In this document: positions 17,841 to 26,972 of the stretch, one piece after another
Layout of the letters: each line of letters begins with the position of its first letter
Position numbering within the stretch: the first letter of the stretch is position 1
DNA from: Parcubacteria group bacterium GW2011_GWA1_56_13
Lineage (GTDB): Bacteria; Patescibacteriota; Minisyncoccia; Phycocordibacterales; Phycocordibacteraceae
Assembly: GCA_001004905.1 (NCBI GenBank)
Contig: LCRY01000002.1
Location: forward strand, 269,873 to 333,872
Reading direction: 5' to 3'
Length of the DNA: 64,000 nucleotides
Notes under the pieces: model-generated
The model's input: only the letters and a program-made list of their open reading frames with translations
Told to the model about the DNA's origin: nothing
Databases searched by the model: none
Position numbers and translations under genes: made by a program

Positions 17841-19808
17841 TTATACGCCGATGGATCTGAGGAACGCCTTGTTGTTTGGCTTGCGGCCGAGGAATCCGCG
17901 GACGAGATCTATTTCCTCCTGGCTCGAACCTTTTTCCAATATCCAACGGCGGTAATCTCTGCCGGTCTTTGGATTCAACACACCCTCTTTTGCGAACCGG
18001 CTGAACATATCTTCGGCATAGACCCGAGACCACAGGTAACCGTAATACCCGGCATCGTAGCCATGCGCGATATGGCCGAAACCGGCGAGCATGAGTTGGC
18101 GCCTCGGTGGCGCGATGCCGATCATCTCTCTGCTCAGTTTTGCGTATAGCGCCACGGGGTCTTTAGAACCTTTGGTATGGACGATCATGTCGAGCGAAGC
18201 GAGCACCAACTGACCTCGCACGTTCCATGCCTCGCCGAATGGACGCGCCTTGATAATACGCTTGATAAGGTCCGTCGGTAACGGACGACCGGTTTTATAA
18301 TGTTTCGAAAGGCGCTTCAACATCTGGGGGTCCCACACCCAGTTCTCAAGCATTTGCGACGGCGCTTCTGCGAAGTCCCAGGCCACATTGAAGCCCGCCT
18401 GCGCTCGATAGCGCGCTTTTGTCAGAGTGAAATGCATTACATGTCCGAATTCGTGGAAGAAGGTTTCCACCTCGCCATGGCTCATGAGCGACGGGTTCTC
18501 GGCGCTCGACTTCGGGAAATTCGCGACCATCGCGGCGAGCGGAGCACGATACGATTTTCCCTCTTGGCGTCCGTAGGTTACATCGAAGACGGCTGCATGT
18601 CCGTATTTTCCTTCGCGTGGGTAGAGATCGAGAAGAAAGCTCGAGAGGTACCCGTCGCGTTTGTCGTACACATCGTACATTTGCGCGTCGCGGTGCCAGA
18701 ACTTCACGCCTGACCGCTTTTTGAAAACGACTCCAAGCAATGTCTGGTATGTGGCGAGTGTCGCCTCCTTCACGTGCTCGAACGGAAAATATTCCTTCAC
18801 GAGGTCTGAATCAATATTGAATTTTTCCTTTCTGATCTGCTTGAATAAATACGCGATATCGTGCGAACCCAGAACTGCTTTCGCGTTACCGGTGCGACGG
18901 CGCTTATCAGCGTTAAGCATCGCCACGTCCTTGGCAACCCGCTTCTTCGTTCGTCGCTCAAGGTCGTTGATAAAGCGCCACACATTACGGGCAGATTTTG
19001 CCATGCGAAGCTCTGTTTGAAAGTCCGCATAGGAGCGGTAACCGAGCTGTCGAGCGATTCCACTGCGAAGCTTGAACATTTTCTTGAGGATGGAGATATT
19101 CTCTGGGCCGCCTCTTCGGAGGAATTTCTCGAGAAGTTCACGGCGGCGGTCTTCGTCATGAGCGCCGGCCATGTACGGATGGACGTCCGGATATGCCATC
19201 GTTACTTTGTACTTCCCGTCCACTTTCGTCAGGTTGGCACGATAGCTCTGTGGCAGTCCGTCGAGCTCCGACTCAGTGACGAGAATATAATCCTTGTTTT
19301 CGTTCAGATTTCGGTCGAAGGCGAGAGCCAATTTCCCAAGCATCTTGAGATTCGCCTTCAGTTTACTGAGCTGTGCCCTTGGTAGATCGAGACCCATGCG
19401 GGCGTACCCTTTCATCATATCTTCAAAGAGAATTTTTTCCGGACCGCCCAGCTTCTCTCTTTTCTTCGCATACTCTTTCAGCGCTCGGTACATCCGCGGG
19501 TCAAATTCGATTTCGACAAGTTTCTTCTGCAGTAGTTCGGCGGTCTCGGACGCCGCGGCGCGCACTTTGGGATCGGGGCTGACCTCTTTCAAAAGGCCCA
19601 CGCGATAAATCTCGTCCGTCGTCTGGTCATCGGACGCTTCGAGCGCATATACCGTATTCTCGAACGTACGCTTATCCGCCGGTATAGCGCGAATCCTCGC
19701 ATAATCTCCTTTCTTGCGGCGAACGATTCCGGCAAGAATTTTCCTAAAATCGGACTTGTTCCATTTTACCCATCTAAAATCCGTTCTCGTATACGGTTTA
19801 CGCTTCAT
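17841..19808 (-). CDS. M3-family (thimet oligopeptidase-like) metallopeptidase
   Basis: FFHEFGH, DFAEAPSQMLENW, GYYGYLWS. Confidence 0.93.
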   Translation of the reverse strand: MKRKPYTRTDFRWVKWNKSDFRKILAGIVRRKKGDYARIRAIPADKRTFENTVYALEASDDQTTDEIYRVGLLKEVSPDPKVRAAASETAELLQKKLVEIEFDPRMYRALKEYAKKREKLGGPEKILFEDMMKGYARMGLDLPRAQLSKLKANLKMLGKLALAFDRNLNENKDYILVTESELDGLPQSYRANLTKVDGKYKVTMAYPDVHPYMAGAHDEDRRRELLEKFLRRGGPENISILKKMFKLRSGIARQLGYRSYADFQTELRMAKSARNVWRFINDLERRTKKRVAKDVAMLNADKRRRTGNAKAVLGSHDIAYLFKQIRKEKFNIDSDLVKEYFPFEHVKEATLATYQTLLGVVFKKRSGVKFWHRDAQMYDVYDKRDGYLSSFLLDLYPREGKYGHAAVFDVTYGRQEGKSYRAPLAAMVANFPKSSAENPSLMSHGEVETFFHEFGHVMHFTLTKARYRAQAGFNVAWDFAEAPSQMLENWVWDPQMLKRLSKHYKTGRPLPTDLIKRIIKARPFGEAWNVRGQLVLASLDMIVHTKGSKDPVALYAKLSREMIGIAPPRRQLMLAGFGHIAHGYDAGYYGYLWSRVYAEDMFSRFAKEGVLNPKTGRDYRRWILEKGSSQEEIDLVRGFLGRKPNNKAFLRSIGV

Positions 19809-19876
19809 AATTCGAAAAGCATATCACATACCTGTGTACGAAACCATTTTGATAATCTGTAGTATTCTTAGCCCAA

Positions 19877-20245
19877 ATGTACACCTCATCCCCGGTCATC
19901 GCGTTTGATTTCGACGGAGTCATCGCATCATATTCCGGGTTCATAGCGCATGACGATGTGCAGACGCCGAACGCCGAAGTGGTGAAAGCCATGAAACTGC
20001 TACGGGGACAAGGTTGTAAGATACTCATCCATTCCACTCGCGGGGATGAGTTCCTGAGGAAGTACTGCGAAAAATTTTCGATACCGTTCGATTACATAAA
20101 CCGGCGACCGGACCTCGAGGGCGAAAATCCGGGGAAGCCTATCGCATCCGTCTATGTGGATGACCGAACCATCTGCTATCGCGGAGAGGACGCGCAGACG
20201 CTGATAGCAAAGATCGCGCAGTTCAAACCGTATTGGAAAGAATAG
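19877..20245 (+). CDS. Small HAD-superfamily protein
   Basis: FDFDGV...HSTR...GKPIASVYVDDR. Confidence 0.8.
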   Translation: MYTSSPVIAFDFDGVIASYSGFIAHDDVQTPNAEVVKAMKLLRGQGCKILIHSTRGDEFLRKYCEKFSIPFDYINRRPDLEGENPGKPIASVYVDDRTICYRGEDAQTLIAKIAQFKPYWKE

Positions 20246-20249
20246 CCGC

Positions 20250-20278
20250 CTCACTTGGCGGTGAGACCGCCAAGTGAG
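20250..20278. repeat. Palindrome ACTTGGCGGT-n3-ACCGCCAAGT, copy 1
   Basis: 13-bp perfect stem between convergent genes; same core at 62076. Confidence 0.8.
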
Positions 20279-20974
20279 TTATAGCCAATCAATCGGAGTT
20301 TTGCCGTGAGCGACGAGGTACTCGTTCGCCTTGCTGAAGTGCTTGCAGCCGAAGAAGCCGTTCGCGGCGGAAAAAGGGGACGGATGCGGCGCTTCGAGCA
20401 CGAGATGTTTGTTCCTATCGATGTGCGCGCCTTTTTGCTTCGCATAGTTGCCCCACAGCATGAAAACGAGATGTTCCCGGCAATCGGAGAGCGCGCGGAT
20501 GGCGGCATCGGTGAACAGTTCCCACCCCTTGCCTTGGTGGCTTCCCGCGCTCGCCGCCCGGACGGTCAAAGTCGCATTCAACAACAGAACGCCCTGTCTT
20601 GCCCAGCGCGTGAGGTCGCCCGTTCGGCCTGCTGGCCTCAGGACTTCCTCGCTCTGCGCTCGGTCGCCCCCAACATCGTTTTGTATTTCCTTAAAGATAT
20701 TGTTAAGCGAAGGCGGGATGGGTACATGTTCGTCCACAGCGAACGCAAGGCCGTTGGCCTGCCGCGCGCCATGGTATGGGTCTTGTCCCAGAATAACGAC
20801 TTTTACGTTCTCGAATGGGCACAAGTCGAATGCGCGGAAAATATTCTTCGGCGGCGGATATATCCTGTCTCCCGCATATTCTTTCTTCACGAACGCCGTG
20901 AGTTCGGCAAAATACGGCTTTTCGAACTCTGCCGCGAGCTTCTGCTTCCACGACGGTTCGATTTGTACTTCCAT
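20279..20974 (-). CDS. ung: Uracil-DNA glycosylase, family 1
   Basis: GQDPYH, PPSL, GVLLLNATLTV, HPSP. Confidence 0.96.
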   Translation of the reverse strand: MEVQIEPSWKQKLAAEFEKPYFAELTAFVKKEYAGDRIYPPPKNIFRAFDLCPFENVKVVILGQDPYHGARQANGLAFAVDEHVPIPPSLNNIFKEIQNDVGGDRAQSEEVLRPAGRTGDLTRWARQGVLLLNATLTVRAASAGSHQGKGWELFTDAAIRALSDCREHLVFMLWGNYAKQKGAHIDRNKHLVLEAPHPSPFSAANGFFGCKHFSKANEYLVAHGKTPIDWL

Positions 20975-20975
20975 G

Positions 20976-21239
20976 CTAGAGGCGCACCCCTTCCGCCTTG
21001 AGCAAGGCGCGTTTTTCGGCGAGGCCGCCGCGATTGTAGCCGCCGAGCGCGCCGTCGGCGCGGATGACGCGGTGGCACGGCACGCTTGGATCGTAGTTAC
21101 GCTTCATCACCATGCCGACCGCACGTGCCGCCCCGGGGTAGCCAGCGGCGCGCGCAACGTCGCCATAGCTCTTCGTCTTCCCTTTCGGGATCTGGCGGAC
21201 GGCATCCCGGACGCGGCGTGCGAACGAAGTTTCTTTCAT
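20976..21239 (-). CDS. O6-alkylguanine DNA alkyltransferase (MGMT/Ogt C-terminal domain)
   Basis: SYGDVA...ARAVG...VPCHRVI. Confidence 0.9.
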   Translation of the reverse strand: MKETSFARRVRDAVRQIPKGKTKSYGDVARAAGYPGAARAVGMVMKRNYDPSVPCHRVIRADGALGGYNRGGLAEKRALLKAEGVRL

Positions 21240-21246
21240 ATTAGAT

Positions 21247-22080
21247 CTATTCCTTCTTTTTGTTCCTGCTGTGAAGCTCGCGCAGTATCCTTCCGGCATT
21301 TTCACGGTACGTGCAGTATTCGCACGGTCCTCCGCCGAACGAAGTGCCGATGGCGGGAATTTCCTCGCTCATGAGCATCTTTTTCAAGTCGAAAATCGCC
21401 GGCTCGACCCACGTGTCGCTCCCGGTATACGGGATAAGCTCTATGTCGAACTCGAGCTTCCCGTCGAAGGCCTTTGCGTCAGATTTTCCGTTCACGTATA
21501 CGAAATAGCTGGTCGGCGAAACCGGAAAACCGCTCTTTCGGAACAGCCACTGATAGATCTCCATTTGCCGCTTGTACGAATCATAGAGGTCGTCCTCGGT
21601 CGTCGGCCCCACCTTTTTACTGGTCGCCTTGTAGTCCACGATGATGAATTCTCCCGCCGGGTTGGTCCAGACGTCGTCGACACCTCCTCGCACCAGAATA
21701 TTCGTCGGCGCGTGCAGGAAGCTCACGCCTCGACGAAGCGCGTCGCGCCATTCTTCCATCCGTTCATCGGCGAGCGGTACCGCATCGAGCCCGTAGCGCT
21801 CCATGAGCGGGTGCTTGGTGCCTTGCGCGCGGTGGGTATCGAATTCGCGTTTGAGGAGTTCATCAACCGCATTGTTGAGCGTGAATGCCGGCATGGAAGG
21901 ACGCTTCACGCCAAGCCGCAGGTCGAGATAGGCGCAGCGCGGGCACTCGGTAAAGAGGTCTATTTTTGAGCGACTCACCCTGAACGGCTCCGGCAGGGAT
22001 GGATCGAACGGTCCGCCCCGACGTCCCTTCGGCGAAGCCGTTTTCGCTGCGTGTTTCGGTTTTGCATGTGATCCCTTCAT
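21247..22080 (-). CDS. PD-(D/E)XK nuclease, RecB/Cas4-like
   Basis: SRSKI..F.ECPRC, GGVDD, IVDYK, QMEIY, CEYC. Confidence 0.85.
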   Translation of the reverse strand: MKGSHAKPKHAAKTASPKGRRGGPFDPSLPEPFRVSRSKIDLFTECPRCAYLDLRLGVKRPSMPAFTLNNAVDELLKREFDTHRAQGTKHPLMERYGLDAVPLADERMEEWRDALRRGVSFLHAPTNILVRGGVDDVWTNPAGEFIIVDYKATSKKVGPTTEDDLYDSYKRQMEIYQWLFRKSGFPVSPTSYFVYVNGKSDAKAFDGKLEFDIELIPYTGSDTWVEPAIFDLKKMLMSEEIPAIGTSFGGGPCEYCTYRENAGRILRELHSRNKKKE

Positions 22081-22970
22081 ATCATCTGGCGCTGGAGGGG
22101 GGCGCCGGGCATAACATGCACGGGCGCCGCAGGAAGTTCGAGAAGTCCCTCCGCTTCAGCAAGAAGCTCCCCCACTCGTGTGCTTGAAAGGTGAAGAGGG
22201 TTCAGCGTACGACGGTCTTGCACGATCTCATCCACTGCGATGGTGCCGCCTTCGATTAGGATCCGCTTTTCAGCGCGCGAAAGCCCGGTGAGCGTCGTGA
22301 TCGGATATATCCGGGCGCGGCTCATGCGTACAAAAAGGTTATCGTCGGCAGGATGGCCCCAGCCCAAGAGCTCGACTCCGGAGCACTGCGCATACGCGAT
22401 CGCCTCGGAGGTGAATTTCGTGTTGGTGATCAGGATGCCGCGGTCGATGGAACATGCGCGGACCTTGGGGTCGCAGTTGAAAATATCGTCGAAACGGCTT
22501 TTCACGTACAGCGCGACCTTCAGGTCGGTCTTGTAGCCCGGATCGTTATGATACTTGAGCTCGGCGGCGAGGAATTCGTTTTTTTCAGGATGCGAGGCGT
22601 AGAAATCGACTTCATGCGGCACGCATTTCCCCCGGATGACCTTGCGCGTCTCGACCTGCCAACCTTCTGCACGATACAGATGCGAAACAAAATCTTCAAA
22701 AGGGTGCCCCGACGGGCCAAGCTCAAGAAGAGCCCTCCGCAAAGCATATCGAGCGGCAACGGGGCGTGCCTCTCTGCGCAGAAGTGCGAACGCGCGCGTA
22801 TAGACCTCTCTCGAAGAAGTGTCCGGTACGACGCTGCCGGTAATGACCCGGGCGATGCGCTGCGCCGTAAAAGGCCTCGCGCCCGAGCGCTCGAGCGACA
22901 CGATAAGACGCTGCGGATCGAAGATCTCTTTTGAACCGTCCGCTTTGACGATGAGGGGAAGTGCGGTCAT
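22077..22970 (-). CDS. ATP-cone plus Mrr-like restriction-endonuclease-fold protein
   Basis: IVKADGSKEIFD (ATP cone); GHPFEDFV, HEVD, ELKYH, LITNTKFT. Confidence 0.8.
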   Translation of the reverse strand: MTALPLIVKADGSKEIFDPQRLIVSLERSGARPFTAQRIARVITGSVVPDTSSREVYTRAFALLRREARPVAARYALRRALLELGPSGHPFEDFVSHLYRAEGWQVETRKVIRGKCVPHEVDFYASHPEKNEFLAAELKYHNDPGYKTDLKVALYVKSRFDDIFNCDPKVRACSIDRGILITNTKFTSEAIAYAQCSGVELLGWGHPADDNLFVRMSRARIYPITTLTGLSRAEKRILIEGGTIAVDEIVQDRRTLNPLHLSSTRVGELLAEAEGLLELPAAPVHVMPGAPLQRQMI

Positions 22971-23380
22971 GACGGAGTCGTGCTTGCGATGGAACCGTTC
23001 ACTGTCGCCGTTATCGGGAGTGCGGCCGGCGCCGAAACCGTCGTCTTGAAATCGGCGCGCGTGGGAACCTGGAGACAAACGCACGAATCGCTCTCGAGGA
23101 TAAGAGCGACAAGGATCCCCTCGGTGTTCGAGGCGCTGCCGGAAACGCTCGCCGAAGCGGAGACCGTCGTGCATGCATCCGGTGTTTCAACCGAGCCGGT
23201 GATCGTGTGCGTGCCGTTCTTGAACGCATCCCGGAGGGCAACCGTGGGCACCGTTGCCGCAGGAGCGATAGACGCGGATTCCGGCCCCAAATCGCGGGTG
23301 TGCGGAACCGAGAGAGCGAAGGCGACCAGTATCACGAACGCGATAATGGCGGCGGAGATCCAAAGGCGCATGCGATTCAT
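22967..23380 (-). CDS. Secreted or membrane-anchored hypothetical protein
   Basis: N-terminal TM; TPDAC...CLQV cysteine pair. Confidence 0.7.
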   Translation of the reverse strand: MNRMRLWISAAIIAFVILVAFALSVPHTRDLGPESASIAPAATVPTVALRDAFKNGTHTITGSVETPDACTTVSASASVSGSASNTEGILVALILESDSCVCLQVPTRADFKTTVSAPAALPITATVNGSIASTTPS

Positions 23381-24408
23381 CCCGCTATGATACCACCGCC
23401 GACGAGTTCGTCATCTGTATAGAAAACGACCGATTGGCCGGGGGCGGGAATCTCGGGAAGTGCGGTATCGCTTACAAAATAATTGTCCTCGCTTATATGA
23501 CCTCTCACGCGCGGCCCGCGATAACGGTACTGCGCTTCTTGTGCGAACGCCGGGGACTGAAACCAATTAGCATCCTTGAAACGTATTGTCTGTTCGGAGG
23601 ACGCTCGTGTTTTCGAGACCTGTATCTCTTTTTTCTCGACGTCCTTGCCGACTACGTACCACGGTCCCTTTTTCGCCAGAGCTTCGGAGGGCAGACTTTC
23701 AGAACTGACTCGTTGGCCGATGGTATATAAAAGCGCGGGATTATCGGTTCCGAGCTCCGCCCGTAAGAATTCTTCGATGGAAACGCTGCCGAGAAAACAC
23801 ACTCCCTGGCTGTCCTTTTTCTCGGCAACCGGCAGACGAAACCGTTTTGCAAGCATCCGCACATCTTCTTTTCTATGGTTCCCTACCGGAAATATCGTCG
23901 CGGCCAGGATATCCCTCGGCACGGCCCAGAGGAAATAGCTCTGGTCTTTCTCGCCGCTGCGATAGTGCCCGGTCGCGATGGTGTCCGCGCCGTGCGCTTT
24001 TGCGAAGCGATAAAATGCCCCACATTTCACTTCCCTATTGCACATAACGTCGGGATTCGGCGTCCGTCCGGCGCGGTACTCCTCGACCAAATAATTAATA
24101 ACGCCTGTTTTGTATTCCGCGCTTGCGTCAAGCGTGAGGAACGGAATGTGGAGTCGCGCCGCGACCCGCATCGCGTCGCGTCGTTCCGCCGCCCAGGTGC
24201 AAGGCATTCCGGGCGGATACCACCCCTTGATGAACACGCCTGTTACTTCCGCGCCTGCTTCTTTCAACAGTGCCGCTGACACGGCAGAATCCACCCCGCC
24301 TGACAGTCCCACGAATATCTTCTTCCCTTGTACGTCCACCCCATTAGAAGTCCGGCTCGCATGCGAGTCGGCAGACATTTCCAATGTCTTGCTTCTAACG
24401 GGGTCCAT
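23377..24408 (-). CDS. mnmA: tRNA 2-thiouridylase MnmA with two in-frame palindromic insertions (start 24408 or 24417)
   Basis: SGGVDS, TPNPDVMCN, ATGHY, KDQSYFL, DSQGVCF, PGQSVVFY. Confidence 0.95.
   Translation of the reverse strand: MDPVRSKTLEMSADSHASRTSNGVDVQGKKIFVGLSGGVDSAVSAALLKEAGAEVTGVFIKGWYPPGMPCTWAAERRDAMRVAARLHIPFLTLDASAEYKTGVINYLVEEYRAGRTPNPDVMCNREVKCGAFYRFAKAHGADTIATGHYRSGEKDQSYFLWAVPRDILAATIFPVGNHRKEDVRMLAKRFRLPVAEKKDSQGVCFLGSVSIEEFLRAELGTDNPALLYTIGQRVSSESLPSEALAKKGPWYVVGKDVEKKEIQVSKTRASSEQTIRFKDANWFQSPAFAQEAQYRYRGPRVRGHISEDNYFVSDTALPEIPAPGQSVVFYTDDELVGGGIIAG
24340..24402. mobile_element. CCCGTTAG-family palindromic element inserted in frame at the mnmA start
   Basis: Minus strand: ATGGAC-CCCGTTAGAAG...CTTCTAATGGG-GTGGAC; two internal hairpins; 63+6 nt keeps the frame. 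Confidence 0.85.
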
Positions 24409-24533
24409 ATGCGTCATCTAATCACGTGCCGCAGAATTATAAAAGCGAGCCACCGATCCGATGCATGAGAATAAGACTCGGCCAAGCGGTTCGGAGCGGC
24501 TCATGCACAACATATGCGGCGAAGCTGTTTGGT

Positions 24534-25499
24534 TTACCGCAAATACTTCGCTTGGTTCGCCTGATGGGCGGCGTAGGTCATGGCGTAATGCATCACGCCA
24601 TTTCTGTCGGTGAGGTAATACAGGTAATCGGTCTTCGTCGGATGCAGGGCGGCGTTGAGAGCATTGAGCCCGGGATTGTTGATAGGGCCCGGCGGGAGTC
24701 CGACATGGGTATAGGTATTGTAAGGAGAGTCCACGGTGAGATCTGCGAAGGAAGGCGAGTAGGTATCGCGATTGAAGATGTAGCCGAACACAGCATCGAC
24801 TTGGAGCGGCATGCCGAGCGCGAGACGATTCCATAAGACGCCCGCGACGAGACGTCTGTGTTCGGTCGTGCGCGCCTCCTTTTCGATGAGAGATGCCATG
24901 ATAACGACGGATCCGAGTGAGTGCCCCGACGCTCGTATATCGGGAAGCAGTGGGCGTATCTTCGCGTCGAAGTTCTCCCGCATGGTGGCGACTATTTTTT
25001 CAATGGTCGTATCGGGGGGAAACAGATAGGTGTCGGGGAATAGGTATCCTTCGTTCGGCTTTCCCGCTCGTATGAAATCCTCCGCAGGGAGAAGCGGCAA
25101 CGCGCCTGCGACCCGGAGCGCCATCTCACGCACCGTCGTGCCCTCAGGAAAGGTGATGCGTGCCGGAGGGAGGTCATACGCGCCCACGGCCAGCCGGTAC
25201 GCGACAGTGAGCGCATTTTCCGGTGTTCTGAAAAAGTACGCACCCGCCTGCACATGAGAACCGGCGCCCGAGATCCGCAGGACGAAGCGCAGGACCTCGG
25301 GATGCTTGACGATGAGGGCGTCGGAGAGCTGTCGCGCTATGTCGGGCACTGACGCTCCCTGGGAAATGGAAATGATATCGCCGGAGGGAAAGTCCCGCGG
25401 CGGCGCAAGCACGAAGACGTACCCGATAACGAGAACGAAGGCAAGAGCGAGTGCTCCAACCATTCGGATATTCCGCTGTGAAAAATCGAAGCGGTTCAC
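24534..25499 (-). CDS. mltG: Endolytic transglycosylase MltG
   Basis: TFPEG, EGYLFPDTY, ASLIEKE, SPYNTY..GLPPGPI.NPG. Confidence 0.95.
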   Translation of the reverse strand: MNRFDFSQRNIRMVGALALAFVLVIGYVFVLAPPRDFPSGDIISISQGASVPDIARQLSDALIVKHPEVLRFVLRISGAGSHVQAGAYFFRTPENALTVAYRLAVGAYDLPPARITFPEGTTVREMALRVAGALPLLPAEDFIRAGKPNEGYLFPDTYLFPPDTTIEKIVATMRENFDAKIRPLLPDIRASGHSLGSVVIMASLIEKEARTTEHRRLVAGVLWNRLALGMPLQVDAVFGYIFNRDTYSPSFADLTVDSPYNTYTHVGLPPGPINNPGLNALNAALHPTKTDYLYYLTDRNGVMHYAMTYAAHQANQAKYLR

Positions 25500-26866
25500 A
25501 CAGGCAGATCAGGAGGGGCTTCGGCCGTCGGCGACTGAATGCGACGGAGTCCGGGCGTCGCAACGGTGCTCGAAGGAACGTGAAAAACAGTGGCGATCTC
25601 CTCCGTGCTCATGACCATTGCATTGTCCATGGCGAACGGTTCGTGGAAATACTGCCGGCGACGGAATGCCTGCACGATCTGCCTGCGGAAAGCATCCTTG
25701 CGACGCTCATTTCCGAACTCCCAGGGATAATCGCTGAACTCCATGCCGAAGTGGGTCGCTTTGACGCCGTTCCAGCCCTCCGAGTTGAACGCTTTGAAGA
25801 GGCTGATCATGCCGGTGATGAAGGTAGGATTGAAATGCTTCGGTTCAGCGATATAGACACCGCGACCACCGACGTCAAACGCGAGTTTTGACACATTGCG
25901 CTCAATGGCGGCGATGGTCTCCGACTGTCCTTTCGTCGGGTTCGGAAAGCCTTCGGTTTCGATCATTTTTCCGCTCGCCGAATCGAAGTATTTGAATTTC
26001 CTCGTCGTCTCGCGGCGTATCTTGTCCACTTCTTCGAGCGCTTGGTCGCGCCAGGTAAACCGCTTACCTTTCTCGTTTTTCTTATTGTATTTCTCGCCCG
26101 CGTGCACGCGGATGATGAATTGCAACCAGAAATACTGATGCTTTCCTATCGAACCCATGAATTCGACGATGCTTGCGAAAGGGTCTACCTGCTCGGGCTC
26201 CTTCTGCGTCTTGTCGAGGCCGTACTCGACATATGTCTTGATCGGGTACGCGTCGATCGGCTGTGTGTGTTTATAATCGCAGCCCCATACGCCCCACTCT
26301 CCGGGTTCCGCGCTGATGGTGCGCGTATAATCCATCGCCTCGACCATTTGCACGCCGGGATACTGGGAATAAAACGCGTTCTCGACGAGCTTGCGGAAAT
26401 CCGCGCGCGTCCACACGAAAAAATGTATCTCTCCCTCGAACGAAGCGATCTCCAACGACCAATACGGACGTACCTGGCCCTGCCAATATATCTGGAACCA
26501 GTTGCTCTCGCCCTTCGTATAGTGGATGCTGGATAATACCGTTTCCATGGCAAGCGGCGTTTTTACCAAATTTCGCGGCAGCTTGATCTCGAGCAGGACA
26601 TATGGTCGGGTCGCGATGAATTCGGAGCGTATGTACACGAGCCACAGCGTGAATGCGCCGCCCACGAGAAGGAACGGCAGCCACAAGGGCGCAAGGAAAA
26701 GCGCGAGCGAAAGGGACGCGGCGACCTGGGCCGGGAAAAATACGTAGGCGAGGAAGAGGAGAGTTATTCCCGCAATGAGGGGTGGCCACCGGAACGGGCG
26801 GATGCCCACGGTGTCGCGCGCATCGTTGACCAGCTTCGCAAGCTTGTCGTAGAAAGGAAGTAACAT
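25496..26866 (-). CDS. Conserved CPR-type membrane-anchored hypothetical protein
   Basis: N-terminal TMs; LLEIKLP...PLAME...SLEIAS...YSQYP...EEIATVFHVP. Confidence 0.7.
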   Translation of the reverse strand: MLLPFYDKLAKLVNDARDTVGIRPFRWPPLIAGITLLFLAYVFFPAQVAASLSLALFLAPLWLPFLLVGGAFTLWLVYIRSEFIATRPYVLLEIKLPRNLVKTPLAMETVLSSIHYTKGESNWFQIYWQGQVRPYWSLEIASFEGEIHFFVWTRADFRKLVENAFYSQYPGVQMVEAMDYTRTISAEPGEWGVWGCDYKHTQPIDAYPIKTYVEYGLDKTQKEPEQVDPFASIVEFMGSIGKHQYFWLQFIIRVHAGEKYNKKNEKGKRFTWRDQALEEVDKIRRETTRKFKYFDSASGKMIETEGFPNPTKGQSETIAAIERNVSKLAFDVGGRGVYIAEPKHFNPTFITGMISLFKAFNSEGWNGVKATHFGMEFSDYPWEFGNERRKDAFRRQIVQAFRRRQYFHEPFAMDNAMVMSTEEIATVFHVPSSTVATPGLRRIQSPTAEAPPDLPV

Positions 26867-26972
26867 GCCGCTTTAGTATACCACCACACTAATTTCAGAA
26901 TCATATTGGTGCGGTGGTATACCAACAAAATCGGCGGCGCTGAGTAGCGCCGCCGATTTGCACGGATAAAAT

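Noticed and set aside
15952-18033. Long N-terminal extensions in the ORF track for alaS (also grpE, 22077-23174, dusB, 62695-63786)
   Set aside because: Extensions overlap neighbouring genes or spacers; homology and -10 boxes support the downstream starts
21247-22080. Cas4 of a CRISPR system
   Set aside because: Solo PD-(D/E)XK nuclease among repair genes; no cas1, cas2 or array
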